DNA of 64,000 nt from Chiloscyllium plagiosum (Eukaryota). Below the pieces are notes generated by a model. The model was not told where the DNA came from. It made no database searches and saw only the letters and a program-made list of their open reading frames with translations. Positions 12,046 to 24,775 of the stretch are shown one piece after another; positions within the stretch are counted from its first letter, which is position 1; each line of letters opens with the position of its first letter. Location: positions 95,854,354-95,918,353 of the forward strand of contig NC_057718.1 in the NCBI RefSeq assembly GCF_004010195.1, given 5' to 3'. The position numbers were made by a program, and so were the translations under genes.

Positions 12046-12374
12046 TTGGCAGTCAGAGTTTGTGATAAGATTTGAATTCTTTGATTAGAATGACAGACTT
12101 ATTCCCCTCTCTCCAATATAGTTATGTAAAGCAGATATATTCTTATGAAAGAATAACTGGACTAACAAATAGCCATGGTAAAGAAGATGTGTTTATAAAA
12201 TTCACAAGATATGACACACTGCCATTGTTCACCATTGCATCTTTGCTTCCACATAAGGTTATCGAGAAGCTCTCTTAAGTTTTTGATGGTTTATTCAATC
12301 CTTATTTCATCCATACTATTGGTCTGTAGCAATGACTGATTCAAACACGTTTTGAACATAAAGAAACAAATGTT

Positions 12375-12655
12375 TCCACATGAGGGGCAAAGTCTTAGGA
12401 TAAAGTGGGGAGGTGGCAATCATTTCAGACTGAGGTGAGGCAAAATTACTTCACTCAAAAGGTTTTGAATCTTTTAAATTCATTGTTCAGAGGGTCATTG
12501 CATGTGGTTTAAGCTGAGACAGACAGGCGTTTGGTCTCTGAGGGATATGGGGAGTACACAGGTTGGTGGAATTGAAGACTGAGATAAACCCTGACCATAT
12601 TAAATATTGGAGCAGATCTGATGGTCCACTGCTACTCCTATTTCTTGTGCTCTTG
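12375..12655 (+). mobile_element. Old CR1 3' remnant
   Basis: gactgaggtgaggcaaaattacttcactcaaaagg...tactcctatttcttgtg. Confidence 0.6.
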
Positions 12656-12959
12656 TGACAGCACAGTCCTTCCCATTTTTCTCTACCCTGCCCCTTATTT
12701 TCCCAAGCTCTCTATATTGTGTATGAGCTGATAAATCTCCAACTCAAATGGAGATGCAAATCATCAATGTAGATGGTGACAAGTTCCTTTCCAGCAGTGG
12801 GGGATACTCGAACCAGGGGACCTATCACAGAATAAGGGGACACACGTTTCAAACTGAAATATAAAGGAATGTCTTCCCTCGGAGGTGATGGAATGTCTGG
12901 AATTCTATACCCTGGAGAGTTGTGGATTGACCCCTTCTACCCAGGTTACAATCTCTTCT

Positions 12960-13252
12960 GACCTCTTCCATCAGGCAGAAGATACAAAAGTGTTAACACA
13001 CGTGCTAACACATTCAAGAACAGCCTCAATTGTCAGACTTCTGAATGGACCTTGCCAATTACAAACCTAACATTGATCTTGCTTTTTGTGCACCTTCTCT
13101 GCAGCAATAACTTTGTATTCCTCGCTCTGTTCAATCACCCTGTGATCTTTGTGTCTTATGATCTGCCTGTACTGCACACAAAACAAAATTTTTCACTGTA
13201 CTTAGGCACATGTGGCAAGAATAAATCAAATTAAATGGAATCAAATCAAATT
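12960..13252 (+). mobile_element. Rex1/Babar 3' end nested in an old CR1 (12770-12925 and 13255-13400)
   Basis: cttccatcaggcagaagatacaaaag...ttttcactgtacttagg...aataaatcaaa tail. Confidence 0.75.
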
Positions 13253-13439
13253 GAAAGAACTTAAGGAGGATTCAGATAGATGTTTGATGTATTGAAGAGC
13301 TGAGGGCTCTGAGGAGATGGCACGGATGAAGAATTGGAGCAGATCAGCCGTGACCTTCATTGAACGTTGAGGAGCTGATGGCCCACTCTTTCTCTACTTT
13401 GTCAAATTCTTCCGCAACTTCCTTCAGGTTTGAAGATAA

Positions 13440-13628
13440 GTCATTAACCTGAAACCCTAACCCTGTTTCTCTCTCCACGTGTGGTGCCTAACTTGCTGAT
13501 TGTCGTTAACCTGAAACACTAACCCTGTTTCTCTCTCCACGTGTGGTGCCTAACTTGCTGATTGTCATTAACCTGAAACACCAACCCTATTCCTCTCTCC
13601 ACATATGGTGCGTAATTTGCTGACTGTC
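13440..13628 (+). repeat. Three-copy 62-bp tandem repeat derived from a PLE family B terminus
   Basis: Unit gtcattaacctgaaacactaaccctgtttctctctccacgtgtggtgcctaacttgctgatt starts at 13440, 13502 and 13564. Confidence 0.9.
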
Positions 13629-13844
13629 TATTTTTATTTCAGATTTGCAGCATCGACAGTATTCTACTTTTATCTTTTGGAAAAACGTGTTCAATATTTC
13701 ATTAACCAATAAAGCAGCTGGTATTAATGAGCTAAACAGTTTAAGGAGTGGTGTCTATTTGATTAACACGGCAAAAATTTATTTAATCCTGAAACCTACT
13801 TTTAGAAGTTTGTACCAAGACTGTAGGATAGTAAGATAGATCTT

Positions 13845-14015
13845 AACTTATTCATTTATGGGATGTGGGCATTCCTGACTATATTTTATTTATTGTCCTT
13901 TCCTAGTTGCCCAGAGTTAGCCATATTGCTGTGGGTCTAGTCACACATCGATCAGACCAAGTAAGAATGGCACTTTCCTTTACGAAACTACATTAGTGAA
14001 CCAGATTGGTTTAAT
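13845..14015 (-). mobile_element. Second tRNA-derived SINE family, 3' part
   Basis: ttattcatttatgggatg...attgctgtgggtct...cattagtgaaccag; homologous to 50090-50410, 55672-55850 and 30270-30432. Confidence 0.65.
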
Positions 14016-14077
14016 AATGTCTTTTAGAGGAGGAAACTATTGTTCTTACATTTGGTTTATATCATCTGCAAAACTGA

Positions 14078-15598
14078 GAGAAAGTGTGGACGGCAGATGC
14101 TGGAGAGTCAGAGTCGAAAAGTGTGGCGCTGGAAAAGCACAGCAGGTCAGGCAGCATCCGAGGAGCAGGAGAGTTTCAGGCATAAACCCTCCATCAGGAA
14201 TGTTGGGGGGTGGGGAAGGGAGCTGAGTGATAAATAGAAGGATGGGGCTGGGCATGGGGGTAAAGTAGCNNNNNNNNNNNNNGGGGGAGGGGCGATTTGG
14301 AAACTAATGAAGTCGATGTTGATGTTGTGTGGTTGGAAGGTCCCAAGGCAGAAGATGAGGCGTTCTTCTTCCAGTCGTCAGGTGGCTTGGGTTTGGTGGT
14401 GGAGGAGGCCCGGGACTTGCATGTCCTTCGGGAAGTGGGAGAGGGAGTTGAAGCGATCGACCACAGGGTAGTGCGGTTGTCTGGTGCATATTTCCTGGAG
14501 ATATTCCCTGAAATGCTGCACAAGTTGGCATTGTATGTCTCTGATGGAGAGGAGACTAGGAGGAGCAATTCCACTCTAGGCCATCCCAAATGGCATCCTA
14601 TTTCCAGGACTGCAATTTCACCTCCGTGGTCAACGATGCCCTCCAGTGCATCTCCTCCACTTACCCCACCCCCGCCCTTGAATCTCACCCCTCCATTCAC
14701 AACAAGGATAAATACCCTCTGGTCCTCTCCTTCCACCCACTAACATCCGGATATAGTGCAGTATCCTCTGTCAGTTCCTCCACTTGCAATCAGACCCCAC
14801 CACCAGAGATATATTTGCCTCCTCACCCCCTAACTGTGTTCTGCAGAGACCATTCCCTCTGTGACTCTCTTGTTAGGTCCATGCCCCCGCCAACCCATCC
14901 TTCACACCTGGCAAAATACCTTGCTGCACCAAGAGGTTAAAACCTGTCCCTTTACCTCCATCCAAGGACCCTAAGGGTCTTTCCACATCCATCAGAGATT
15001 TTTCTGTGCATCCAACCACCTCATCTACTGTGTCTGTTGCTCTCGATGTGGTGTCCTCTACATTGGGGAGATAGGACGCCAACCCGCGGAGCATTCCAGG
15101 GAACACATGCACCAAACAACCCCACCATCGTGTGGTTGACCACTTCAACTCCCCCTCCCACTCCACCAATCACATGCAGTCCTGGGCCTCTTCCATTGCC
15201 AAATCCAAGCCATCTGACGACTGGAGGAAGAACACCTCATCTTCTGCCTTGGGACCTTCCAACCACACGGCATCAATGTTGACTTCACCAGTTTCCACAT
15301 CTCCCGTTCTCCCCACCTCACCCCAAATCCAACCCTCCAACTTGGCACTGCCCTCTTGATCTAACCCACCTGTCCATCTTTTGTCCCACATACCTGCTCC
15401 ACCCACCCCACCGACCTATCACAATCACCCGCCACCTGCATCTACCTATCACCTTCCCAGCTACTTTCCCCCCAGCCCCACCCCCACCCCCTTCCCCCAC
15501 CGCACACATTCTTGATGAAGGACTTATGCCTGAAATGTCGACTCTCCTGCTTCTCAGATGCTGGCTGACCTGCTGTGCTTTTTCAGCAACACACTTCT
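14078..15598. mobile_element. PLE with inverted structure: minus arm 14078-14555, plus arm 14565-15598 (RT C-terminus, GIY-YIG, terminus)
   Basis: MASYFQDCNFTSVVNDALQCISST...PLVLSFHP, then catctactgtgtctgttgctctcgatgtggtgtcctctacattggggag (IYCVCCSRCGVLYIGE). Family A termini point outward at both ends. Confidence 0.85.
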
Positions 15599-15814
15599 AG
15601 GCCATCTGCAATACATTTGGTGAGGCCTCTTCTGGAATACTGTGTCCAGTTCTGATCATCCAGTTATAGGAAGGATATTATTAAGCTGGAGAGGATTCAG
15701 AAGAGACTTACCAGGATGTGACTGGGATTGGAAGTTTTGAGTTAAATCTTTTTCACAGAAGCGTAGGAAGATGAAAGGCAATTTCACAGAGTTTTATAAA
15801 ATCATGACAGATTT

Positions 15815-16110
15815 AGATTAGATTCCCTACACTATGGAAACAGGCCCTTCAGCCCAACAAGTCCACACCGACCCTCTGAAGAGCAACCCACGCAGACCCA
15901 TTCCCCTTAACTAATGCACCTAACTCTACAGGTAATTTTAGTGTGACCAATTCATCTGGCCTGCACATCCTTGGACTGTGGGTGGAAACCGGAGCACCCC
16001 CACACAGACACAGGGAGAATGTGCAAACTCCACACAGGCAGTCGGCTGAGGCTGGAACCGAACCCAGGTCCCTGGTATTGTGAGGCAGCAGTGCTAACCA
16101 CTGAGGCACC
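15815..16110 (-). mobile_element. HE1-like V-SINE
   Basis: ttagattagattccctacac tail through cagtgctaaccactgag head. Confidence 0.88.
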
Positions 16111-16368
16111 GTGTCTTTTCCTGAGGATGGGGAATTTCAAGATTAGGTAGCACATTTTTAAGGTGAAAGGAGAGAAATTTAAAAAAGATATGAGGGTCAA
16201 ATGTTTTACACAGGCGATGCTTCAGACGTGGAATGAACCTCCTGAGGAGGTGGTCGATGTGGGTGCAGTTACAATGTTTCAAAAACATTTGAAGAAGTTC
16301 ATGGATAGGAAACGTTTGGAGGGATATGGACCAGGAACAGGCAGGTGGGATTAGTTTAGTTTGGAATT

Positions 16369-16496
16369 AGAAGAAAGTGAGGACTGCAAATGCTGGAAGT
16401 CAGAGTCGAGAGAGTGGTGCTGGATAAGGACAGCAGGTCAGGTAGCATCCGAGGAGCAGGAGAATTGACGTTTCGGGCAAAAGCCCTTCATCAGGA
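16369..16496 (-). mobile_element. Short PLE family A insertion with intact hammerhead core (16467-16494)
   Basis: Reverse strand cctgatgaagggcttttgcccgaaacgtcaat. Flanked by agtttggaatt / agtttgggatt (TSD). Confidence 0.85.
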
Positions 16497-16729
16497 AGTT
16501 TGGGATTGCGTTTGGCATGGACTGGTTGGACCGAAGGGTCTGTTTCTGTGCTGTATGACTCTATGACAGGGTCTGAGTGGATCTGAGAAGGGAGATTGCA
16601 ATCTAGTATCAGTACCCAACTGACTTTCCTCCTATCCAAAGGTCAAAATGTATCTTGTTCTTTAATTATTGTCTGTTTTAGCTCTGCTCTCTGGTCACTG
16701 AAGATACAGTTCAGTTCAGCAATATTTAC

Positions 16730-16900
16730 AAGAAAGAAGTTGCACTCATCTATATTTTTAAAAATCCCCTTCTACGACATCGGGAAGTCCCAACGTATTC
16801 CACAGCTGGTCCAGTACTTAAGAAGTGCAGTAATCTTAATAACACAGTAATCAATCGGTGGACAGAAATAAACTGCATCAGGCAATCAGACAGTGACCGA
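16730..16900 (-). mobile_element. Deu-SINE 3' tail remnant
   Basis: aagaaagaagttgcac...tcccaacgtattccacagc...agtacttaagaagtgcagt, antisense to the tail at 28870-28985. Confidence 0.45.
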
Positions 16901-18534
16901 GACAGAATGAGGGGTACATGGACACAATTCTAAAACATGTTGTTCCTATTGGGAATTTTTAACATGTCTCCTTGGAGATAAAAAGGAAGGGTCTCAGTTT
17001 AACAGTTTACGTGAAAGATCTGTATGGAACACTGAAGCTTGATGGCTGGCTGTCTACAGTGACAAATCGAACAGGATTTGTGGGACGGTTACCCTGCCTA
17101 GCATTAGACACTTAGTGGCAGTCGATGGACAATGGAGCTTCTTTTCAGCTATGACCCACACGCATGGATAAGAACCAAGGATGAGGAAGTCAAACAGTAA
17201 ATGTGCAGCTGGAAGGTCTTTAACCAGGGCAAAATTCCCACCAGGAATAAGGAGGCTATCCCAACCCAGAGCTTCCTGGTCTGTGCAGAGATACTTAGTT
17301 ACCTGGCTTAGTTATTGCTGTCTGAGACAAACAGCGTTTGTGCAGTTCTCTTCCCATTTGGTTCAGTGTCAGGTTTTTGTGGTTAGTTTGGGCTCTGTAT
17401 GTAATACAAGGAGCCAGAATGCAAATGTTTTGCAGGCTTCAAACAGCATGAAATCTCCAACTTTGGCAGAAGTGGAAAACGTACAGGCTTGGCCATTTCT
17501 CAGGCATGTCTGAACAAGGCATGAGACAGGACTTTGGTGTGGATGGGCAGCCAGGGTGCTCTCCTGACCTGTTTGCTGTGCAGTTTTGTTCAGGAGCCGT
17601 GTGGGTGTATGGAATACTTGTCCCTTAATCTTAACTCCAAATTGTCGCCTGAAATGTTCATGACGTGGACTTACTGTGCTGCTTATACTCAGAGCAAAGA
17701 GAGGCATGTTCACTGAACTCAAATAAAATGGAAAAGTCTCAATATTTCCTCCTGCAGGTTTTTCTGATACGTTAAAAATATCCAATCTGATACCAGTCAG
17801 ACTTTGGCAACACGAGGCTTGTAGGATACCTGATCTGTGAAGTTGTCCAAACAAGGAGAAATGAACATAGAACATAGCCCTACAGTCAGAGGCAAGCCAA
17901 CTAAATATATCAAGGAAGCAAGCCTATTCAAATGAAGTGATGGGATAATTTGACACGCAATGTTGCTGAATGCTTCGATGCAAAATTAATTTGACAGAGG
18001 AACCCAAGACAGTAGCATTCATTTATTACAGGAATTTGCTGTGCTCAGGATAAATGGACTCCACTATTTTGGGTTTGTCATCTACTATATTCAGAATTGT
18101 AAATGGGAGCCGAATCATTCAGCTTTCGAGAACCTCAGCTGTTATTTTCGACTGCAAACAAAATCGAAAATGTCAAGAGTTCCCGCAGCCAAGTTATTAG
18201 GATTTAAATTATAACCACCCCTGTAAATAACTTATGCAATACATGTGGCCTTTAGGAAAGTGGCTTTATAGGTTCCAGGAGCAACCACAAGAACTATATT
18301 TTTGGGATGAACTCATGCCATATGATGGGCCAAGTGATTGTCAAAGTGCGTAATAGAAAATAACACCAACCTCAACCACATCGTGAGTGTGGTGTCATGA
18401 AGCACGTTTCACCACACAGTCACATAAAGGATAAAAGTTCAGAACGGGAAGCAGAATCGAATCACAAATGTTGCCTCCATCCATTTGGTGACGCAAACCT
18501 TCCAGGTCTTTGCAGCTCAGAAATCAATATGCGG

Positions 18535-18862
18535 AGGAGCCAGTGTTGGATTGAGGTGGACAAAGCTAAAAATCACACAACACCAGCTTATAGTCCAACA
18601 GGTTTAGTTGGAGGCACTGGCTTTCAGAGCGCTGCTCCTTCATCAGGTGGTAGTGGATTATAAGACCATAAGACATAGAATTTATAGCAAATGATTGCAG
18701 TGTCATTCAACTGAAATGATACCAGGTTTGTTCAATATATCATTTCAGTTGAATGACACTGTAATCTTTTGTGTAAATTCTATGTCTTATGATCCTGCTC
18801 CACAACCACCTGAAGAAGGAGTAGCGCTCCAAAAGCCAGTGCCTCCAAAAGAACATGTTTTA
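18535..18862. mobile_element. PLE family C fold-back (long inverted repeat)
   Basis: Left arm ...ggaggcactggctttcagagcgctgctccttcatcaggtgg...ataagacatagaattt. Right arm aaattctatgtcttat...ccacctgaagaaggagtagcgctccaaaagccagtgcctcc. Confidence 0.8.
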
Positions 18863-18979
18863 CTTTAATCTCAAAACCAAACAAGTTGTACTGAAGGTAA
18901 TTTTGACTTTGGGTGTTATTTTAAAATGATGGCACAAAATCAGCCATCCATTGCACATCATTGCCAGTTTTCGTTAAAG

Positions 18980-19293
18980 TCCATCAGGCAGAAGATACAG
19001 GAGCTTGAACACATGCACCAACTGGTTCAAGAACAGCTTCTTCCCAGCTGTTATTAGACCGATCAATGGACTCTCTAACTTAAAGTAAAGCTAACCTCGT
19101 TAATGTTGATCTTGCTTTATGCACTTTCTGTGCAGCTGTAACCTGGATGCCTCACTCTGTCTAAACACTCTGTGATCTGTATGTTCTCGTTTGCTATGAT
19201 CTGCTTGTATTTCTGGCAAAACAAAGCCTTTCACTGTACTCAGGTACATGTGACTACAATAAATCAAATCAAATCAAATCAAATCAAATCAAT
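18980..19293 (+). mobile_element. Rex1/Babar 3' end with (AAATC)n tail
   Basis: ccatcaggcagaagatacaggagcttgaacac...tttcactgtactcaggtacatgtgactacaat followed by (aaatc)6. Confidence 0.8.
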
Positions 19294-19747
19294 GCCTGAT
19301 AATATCCCAACTTCTTGGATTTGGCATTTGTAGCATTCAGGAGAATTGTGTTCCAAGTTCTCATAGCAATTTCTGTTCATAAGTTTTTGCTAGCTTTTCT
19401 TTCATCGCTGATTCTAAGATTAGGTTCCTTGTTTTGGATTCCCTTACTAGAGAAAGCAACTTTCCTATTTACACCATCAATTGGCATTCATTACTGTAAA
19501 CACTTTATAGGAGCTCGATCAACCTTCGGTCTCTTCAGGGCTCATAAACCAAGAGTATTAATTTTCTTTTATTATCTTAGGAATCATCCTCTAAGGTATG
19601 TCTTGTCTTTTGAGTAGGGAAAGAACTGAACTGCAGGATATAGGGAAAAGGCTGATTGTCCAAAATGTGTCCATCATACAATGCCCAATATGTTTCAACG
19701 ATATGGTGCTAGGAAGGAACAGGCTTCACTGGATGAGCTTCACGTTT

Positions 19748-19890
19748 AGAGTCATGGAGTCACACAGCATGGAAACAGACCCTTCAGTCGACCAGTTATA
19801 GAGTCATAGAGTCAAAGAGATGTACAGCACGGAAGCAGACCCTTCGGTCCAAACCGTCCATGCTGACCAGATATTCCAATCCAACCTAGT
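19748..19890 (-). mobile_element. Two tandem CR1 3' tail fragments
   Basis: agagtcat...acagcatggaaacagacccttc, followed by agagtcatagagtc...acagcacggaagcagacccttcgg. Confidence 0.75.
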
Positions 19891-20528
19891 GCGGTGAAGA
19901 AGGCTTTCAGTATGCTTGCTTTCACTGGTCAGAGCACTGAGTGTAGGAGTTGGGATGCTTTCTTGCCATTGTACAAGACGTTGGTGAGGCCACGTTTGGA
20001 GTACTGCATGGATTTCTGGTCCCCTACTTTAGAAAGCATACTTTAAAACTAAAAAGAGTTACAGAAAAGATTTACTAGGATGCTACCCCCACTGGAAGGT
20101 TTGAGTTACAAGGAAAGGTTGGACAGGTGGGACTTTTTGACCTGTAGGAAACTGAGACATGACCTTATAGAGGTCTTTAAGATCATGAGAGGCATAGGTA
20201 AGGTAGAGAGCTGACAGCTTTTCCCCATGGTAGGGGAGTCAAAGGCTAGAGGGCATAGGTGAAGGGGAAGAGATACAAAAGGGCCCAGAGGGGCAATTGT
20301 TTTACATAGAGGGTGGTGAGTGCATCTAATGGGCTGCCCGAGGTAGTGGTGGAAGCGAGTACAATTTCATTATTTAGGAAACATTTAGATAGGAACATGG
20401 ATGGGATAGGTTTGGAGGGATATGGACCAAATACAGGCAAATGGGATGAGTTTAAATTGTTAAAACTGGGCAGCGTGAGTAAGTTGGATGGAAGGGCCTT
20501 TTTCTAAGCTGTAGGCCTCTATGATTTA
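19891..20528 (+). mobile_element. CR1 3' portion
   Basis: gcggtgaagaaggctttc...ttggtgaggccacgtttggagtactg; NGLPEVVVEASTISLFRKHLDRNMD. Confidence 0.87.
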
Positions 20529-20675
20529 TGTTGTTCATTACAAGAAAAGAGATGGGTCTGTGTGGACTTGGGTTGTAGATTTGCCACGGCTTCATTGAAT
20601 GATGGACCAGCTCAAAGGGCTGAATGGTCTCTCCTGTTTCTATATTCCTGAAAATTGAACATATCTGTTGCTTAA

Positions 20676-20976
20676 AGGTGACTCAGTGGTTAGCACTGCT
20701 GCCTCATGGTCCCAGGTTCGATTCCCGCCTCAGGCGACAGTCTGTGTGGAGTTTGCACATTCTCCCCGAGTCTGCGTGAGTTCCTCCGGGTGTTCTGGTT
20801 TCCTCCCACAGTCCAAAGATGTGCAGGTCAGGGGAATTGGCCATGCTAAATTGCCCATAGTGTTAGGTGCATCATTCAGAGGGTAAATGGGTCTGGGTGG
20901 GTTACTCTTCAGAGGATTGGTGTGGACTTGTTGGGCCGAAGAGCCCTGTTTCCACACTGTAGGGAATCTAATCTAA
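20676..20976 (+). mobile_element. HE1-like V-SINE
   Basis: A box, B box ggttcgattcc, V-domain, tail gggaatctaatctaa. Confidence 0.9.
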
Positions 20977-22147
20977 ATAGATTTGTAAAACATATTCCTT
21001 ATCTTAAACAATGAGTTAATCGGGCTTGAAATTAAAGTTTTGAGTTCATTGGTGCAAGACAATAGAATTGTGAAAACAACTAGCATTCCTGCTCATATTA
21101 TAGAAGTAAGTTGCAATACCTTATTTTACAAGTGAAACAGTATTCTCCCTTCCCCATTCGCTGTATTGTTTCATCTTGCATTGAGCATCTCCTTGCATTT
21201 TTTTTAGTTTTGTAGTAATCATGCAATACCAGTAGGTGGTACTCTAAGTGTCCAGTTTACAATTAATCAGGAAATAAGCAACTGTGGTTCATTTAGATAA
21301 GGAAATTAATGCTTAGATTTGTCAATGGCATCTCAACTGTACATCCCTATCTTTTCTTTCTGGTACAAGGTTGGTTGAAATTTACATATCTGATCAGTTT
21401 GACCTCGGTCATCACTTCGAAGACTGACATGGGCCCTCACTTTTAACTACTGCTCTCAACAGTCCAGTTAAAAAAAAGGTATGGCAAAATATAATAGTTC
21501 AAACAGAAATTTAACTTCACTATAAATATACTTGAAAGAAATTCTCAAAAGCAGATGTATCCCAGTTTCTTCAGATCAGCTCTCCTGATTAACAAACACA
21601 GACAGATTAAAAGTTCTCAGTTTTAAATTCCAGTTTGTGTTAAGTTAGGTGGGGTAACACTGAGAGACAGGAGAAGGCTATTCAGTCCCTAGAATGTGTC
21701 CTACCTTTCAATGAGATCATGGCTGATCATTTTCCTAAATCTATACACTGCTTTAGCTTTATATTTGGAGCTTTACCATTGGCCTCATCATCCCTAACTC
21801 TAGAGAAATAAAAAAAATTCTACACTTTGATTACTTGACTATTTGCTGGATGCTGTGTGTGGATAGATGAATGGGACACAACACCATAGTGGTTAAATAG
21901 CACCACCCACAATCATCGTCCAGGAGTCACCCATGAAGATTAACCAATGGAGGGGATTCATAGGGGTCATAGCCTGAGAATTAAGACCAAACCAATCAGG
22001 AGAGATGTTAGGAAGCATTTCGACACAAAAAGGGCGGTAGAGTTTGGAAATCTATTCCAGAAAAGGTGGTGGATGCAGAATGAGTTGTTAATTTTAAATC
22101 TGAGAGAGATAAACTTTTATCACGTAAAGGAATTTAAGAGAAATGAC

Positions 22148-22805
22148 AGGTAGATAGGATAGTGAAGAAGGCGTTTGGTATGCTTTCCTTTATTGGTTAG
22201 AGTATTGAGTACAGGAGTTGGGAGGTCATGTTGCGGCTGTACAGGACATTGGTTAAGCCACTGTTGGAATATTGTGTGCAATTCTGGTCTCCTTCCTATC
22301 AGAAAGATGTTGTGAAACTTGAATGGGTTCAGAAAAGATTTACAAGGATGTTGCCAGGGTTGGAGGGTTTGAGCTATGGGGAGAGGCTGTATAGGCTGGG
22401 GCTGTTTTCCCTGGAGTGTTGGAGACTGAGGGGTGATGTTATAGAGGCTTACAAAATCATGAGGGGTGTGGATACGATAAATAGACAAAATCTTTTCCCT
22501 GGGGTGGGGGAGTCCCGAACTAGAGGGTGAGAGGGGAATGATTTAAAAGGGACCTAAGGGACAACCTTTTCACACAGAGGGTAGTGTGTGTATGGAATGA
22601 GTTGCCAGAGGAAGTGGTGGAGGCTGGTACAATTACCACATTTAAAAGGCATCAGGATGGCTGTATGGATAGGAAGGGTTTAGAGGGATATGTGCCAAGT
22701 GTTGGCAAATGGGACTAGATTAGGTGAGTATATCTGGTCGGCATGGACAAGTTAGACCTAAGGGTCTGTTTCCGTGCTGTACATCTCTATGACTCCATGA
22801 CTCTG
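22148..22805 (+). mobile_element. CR1 3' portion nested in an older CR1 end (21960-22147 and 22806-22915)
   Basis: LRLYRTLVKPLLEYCVQFWSPSYQKDVVKLEWVQKRFTRMLPGLEGLSYGERLYRLGLFSLE. Confidence 0.92.
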
Positions 22806-23194
22806 AGATTTGGGGCCAAGACAGGTATATGTAGTTAGATCAAGATCAGCAATGATCTTAGTAAATGGTGGAACAGGCTTGCGGTACTGAATAACCTACT
22901 CCTTTTCCTATGATTCTAATGTTTATGGATACAGACAATAACCAAGAGCTTCCGGAGAAAGGAGGATAAATTGAACTGAAAATCCCTGTGAAAAGTATTG
23001 TTTAACTTTGATGTTGTAATAGGGCTTGTCATTGTTAAGCCATCAGTAGGAAGATCAGATACACGAAAGGGAAGGGAATCTCAAAGGGTGGCAGTTGTTT
23101 TAATATGGATGTTGTCTGTGCAGGTAAAGTTAGGCCAGATCATAAGATATTTCTTTAACTGGTAATCATTAATAGAGTGCACATATTATTAGGA

Positions 23195-23435
23195 AAAAAA
23201 ACAATTCTTCCCCCCAAGAGTGGTGAGCTTGTGGAATTCTCTGCCACCAGAGGCAGCTGAGGCTGAAACATTGAAGAATTTCAAGGAAGATGTCAATGTA
23301 GTACATAGGAATAAAGAGATCAAAGGATGTGGGAGGAAAGCGGGAATAGGGCACTGAGTTAAATGATCAGCAATGATCGTATTGAATGGCAGAGAGGTTC
23401 GAGGGGCTACATGGCCTCCTCCTGCTCCAATATTC
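23195..23435 (+). mobile_element. CR1 3' end (older subfamily)
   Basis: agagtggtgagcttgtggaattctctgccaccagaggcag...atggcctcctcctgctcc. Confidence 0.75.
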
Positions 23436-23576
23436 AATATTTCTATCACCATGATGATTATGGAGCAGCCAGCTGTATCCTCAGTCATTCCAGTAGCATC
23501 ATTCCCAAAATTCTGAGATCCTCTCACATGACTTACATCGCAGCTTATCTCAGAGGCTCATTTCTTATCCCCACAG

Positions 23577-23853
23577 CAGTGCTTTCGAAACTTGTTTTCT
23601 TACTGGTAACCTACGTTTTTTTAAAAAAAGCAACTCAGGACCCCTCTGCCAGAACTTTTGGTGAGGTTTGAAGTTGGATACCTCTGAGGCCAGGGGATGG
23701 GGAAGAGGAGACCCTTAAGAGCGGGGAGGGGAGGGGTCAGATCCACAATGGTGACCTTTGCTGCTTATGAACTCATGTCCCCAAATTTAAGTTTGCAACT
23801 CCACTCGGAGTCCTGACCTTCTCAGCCCGCAACCCCTACTTTGGGAAGCCCTG
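23577..23853. mobile_element. Possible decayed hAT (Charlie-like) MITE
   Basis: Imperfect terminal inverted repeats cagtgctttcgaaact / actttgggaagccctg. No clean 8-bp TSD. Confidence 0.3.
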
Positions 23854-24031
23854 CTCTACCATAATCTCGATGGTATTGGATCCAAGTGTTCTTCTGATTT
23901 TGAACGATCTGCCTCTTCCGTTTGGATCTTCTGTCTTCATCCTGCCTCAGTTGGTAATACTCTTGCCGTTGAGTTACTAAGTTTTTAGGTTCAGGTCCCA
24001 TTCCAATGTTTGAGATTGGCTTGCAATACTA

Positions 24032-24370
24032 GGGTGTCACAGTGGCTCAGCAGTTAGTATTGCAGCCTTGCAGTGCCAGGGACCTGGGTTCAATTCCAGC
24101 CTTGGGTGACTGTATGCTTGGAGTTTGCACATTCTCCCTCTGTCTGCATGGGTTTGCTCCGGTTTCCTCCCACATTCCAAAGCTGTGCAGGTTAGGTGGA
24201 TTGGCCGTGCTAAATTGCCCCATGGTGTGCAGCGATGTGCAAGCTTGATGGATTAGCCATGGGAAATGCATGGATAGGATAGGGGTGTGAATTGGGTGGG
24301 ATGGTCTTCAGAGGGTTGGTGTGGATTCAATGGGCGGAATGGCCTGCTTCCACAGTGTAGGGTTCTATGT
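24032..24370 (+). mobile_element. HE1-like V-SINE
   Basis: acagtggctcagc head, gggttcaattcc B box, V-domain, tail. Confidence 0.88.
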
Positions 24371-24458
24371 CAGAGGTTCTGCCATCCAGATGAGATGTTA
24401 ACCAGAGATCATGTCACCTTGCTTTGTTAGCATAAAAGTTCCACTGACAATATTATGA

Positions 24459-24775
24459 TAGAATCCCTACAGTGTGGAAACAGGCCCTTCTGCCCAACAA
24501 GTCCATACTGGCCCTCTGCAGAGTAACTTACCCAGACCCATTACTCTATATTTACCCCTAACTAATGCACCTAACGTACACTATAGTCAATTTAGCATGG
24601 TCAATTCACCCTAACTTGTACACCTTTGGATTGTGGGAGGAAACTAGGAGGAAACCCATGCAGACACGAGGAGAACATGCAAACGCGACATAGACAATCA
24701 CCTGAGGGTGGAATCGAACCCAGGTCCCTGGCGCTGTGAGGCAGCAGTGCTAACCACTGAGCCACTGTGCCATCC
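24459..24775 (-). mobile_element. HE1-like V-SINE
   Basis: Tail-to-tail with the previous copy. ggaatcgaacc is the antisense B box. Confidence 0.88.

Larger units (their letters stand above)
15612..16567 (+). mobile_element. CR1 3' portion interrupted by an HE1 SINE (15815-16110) and a PLE end (16369-16496)
   Basis: ttggtgaggcctcttctggaatactgtgtccagttct; KGEKFKKDMRVKCFTQAMLQTWNEPPEEVVDVG; tail resumes at 16497. Confidence 0.85.

Noticed and set aside
17738..17900. Acceptor-like tttcctcctgcag (also ctacctttgcag near 62290) as coding exon starts
   Set aside because: Stops occur in all three frames before a convincing donor.
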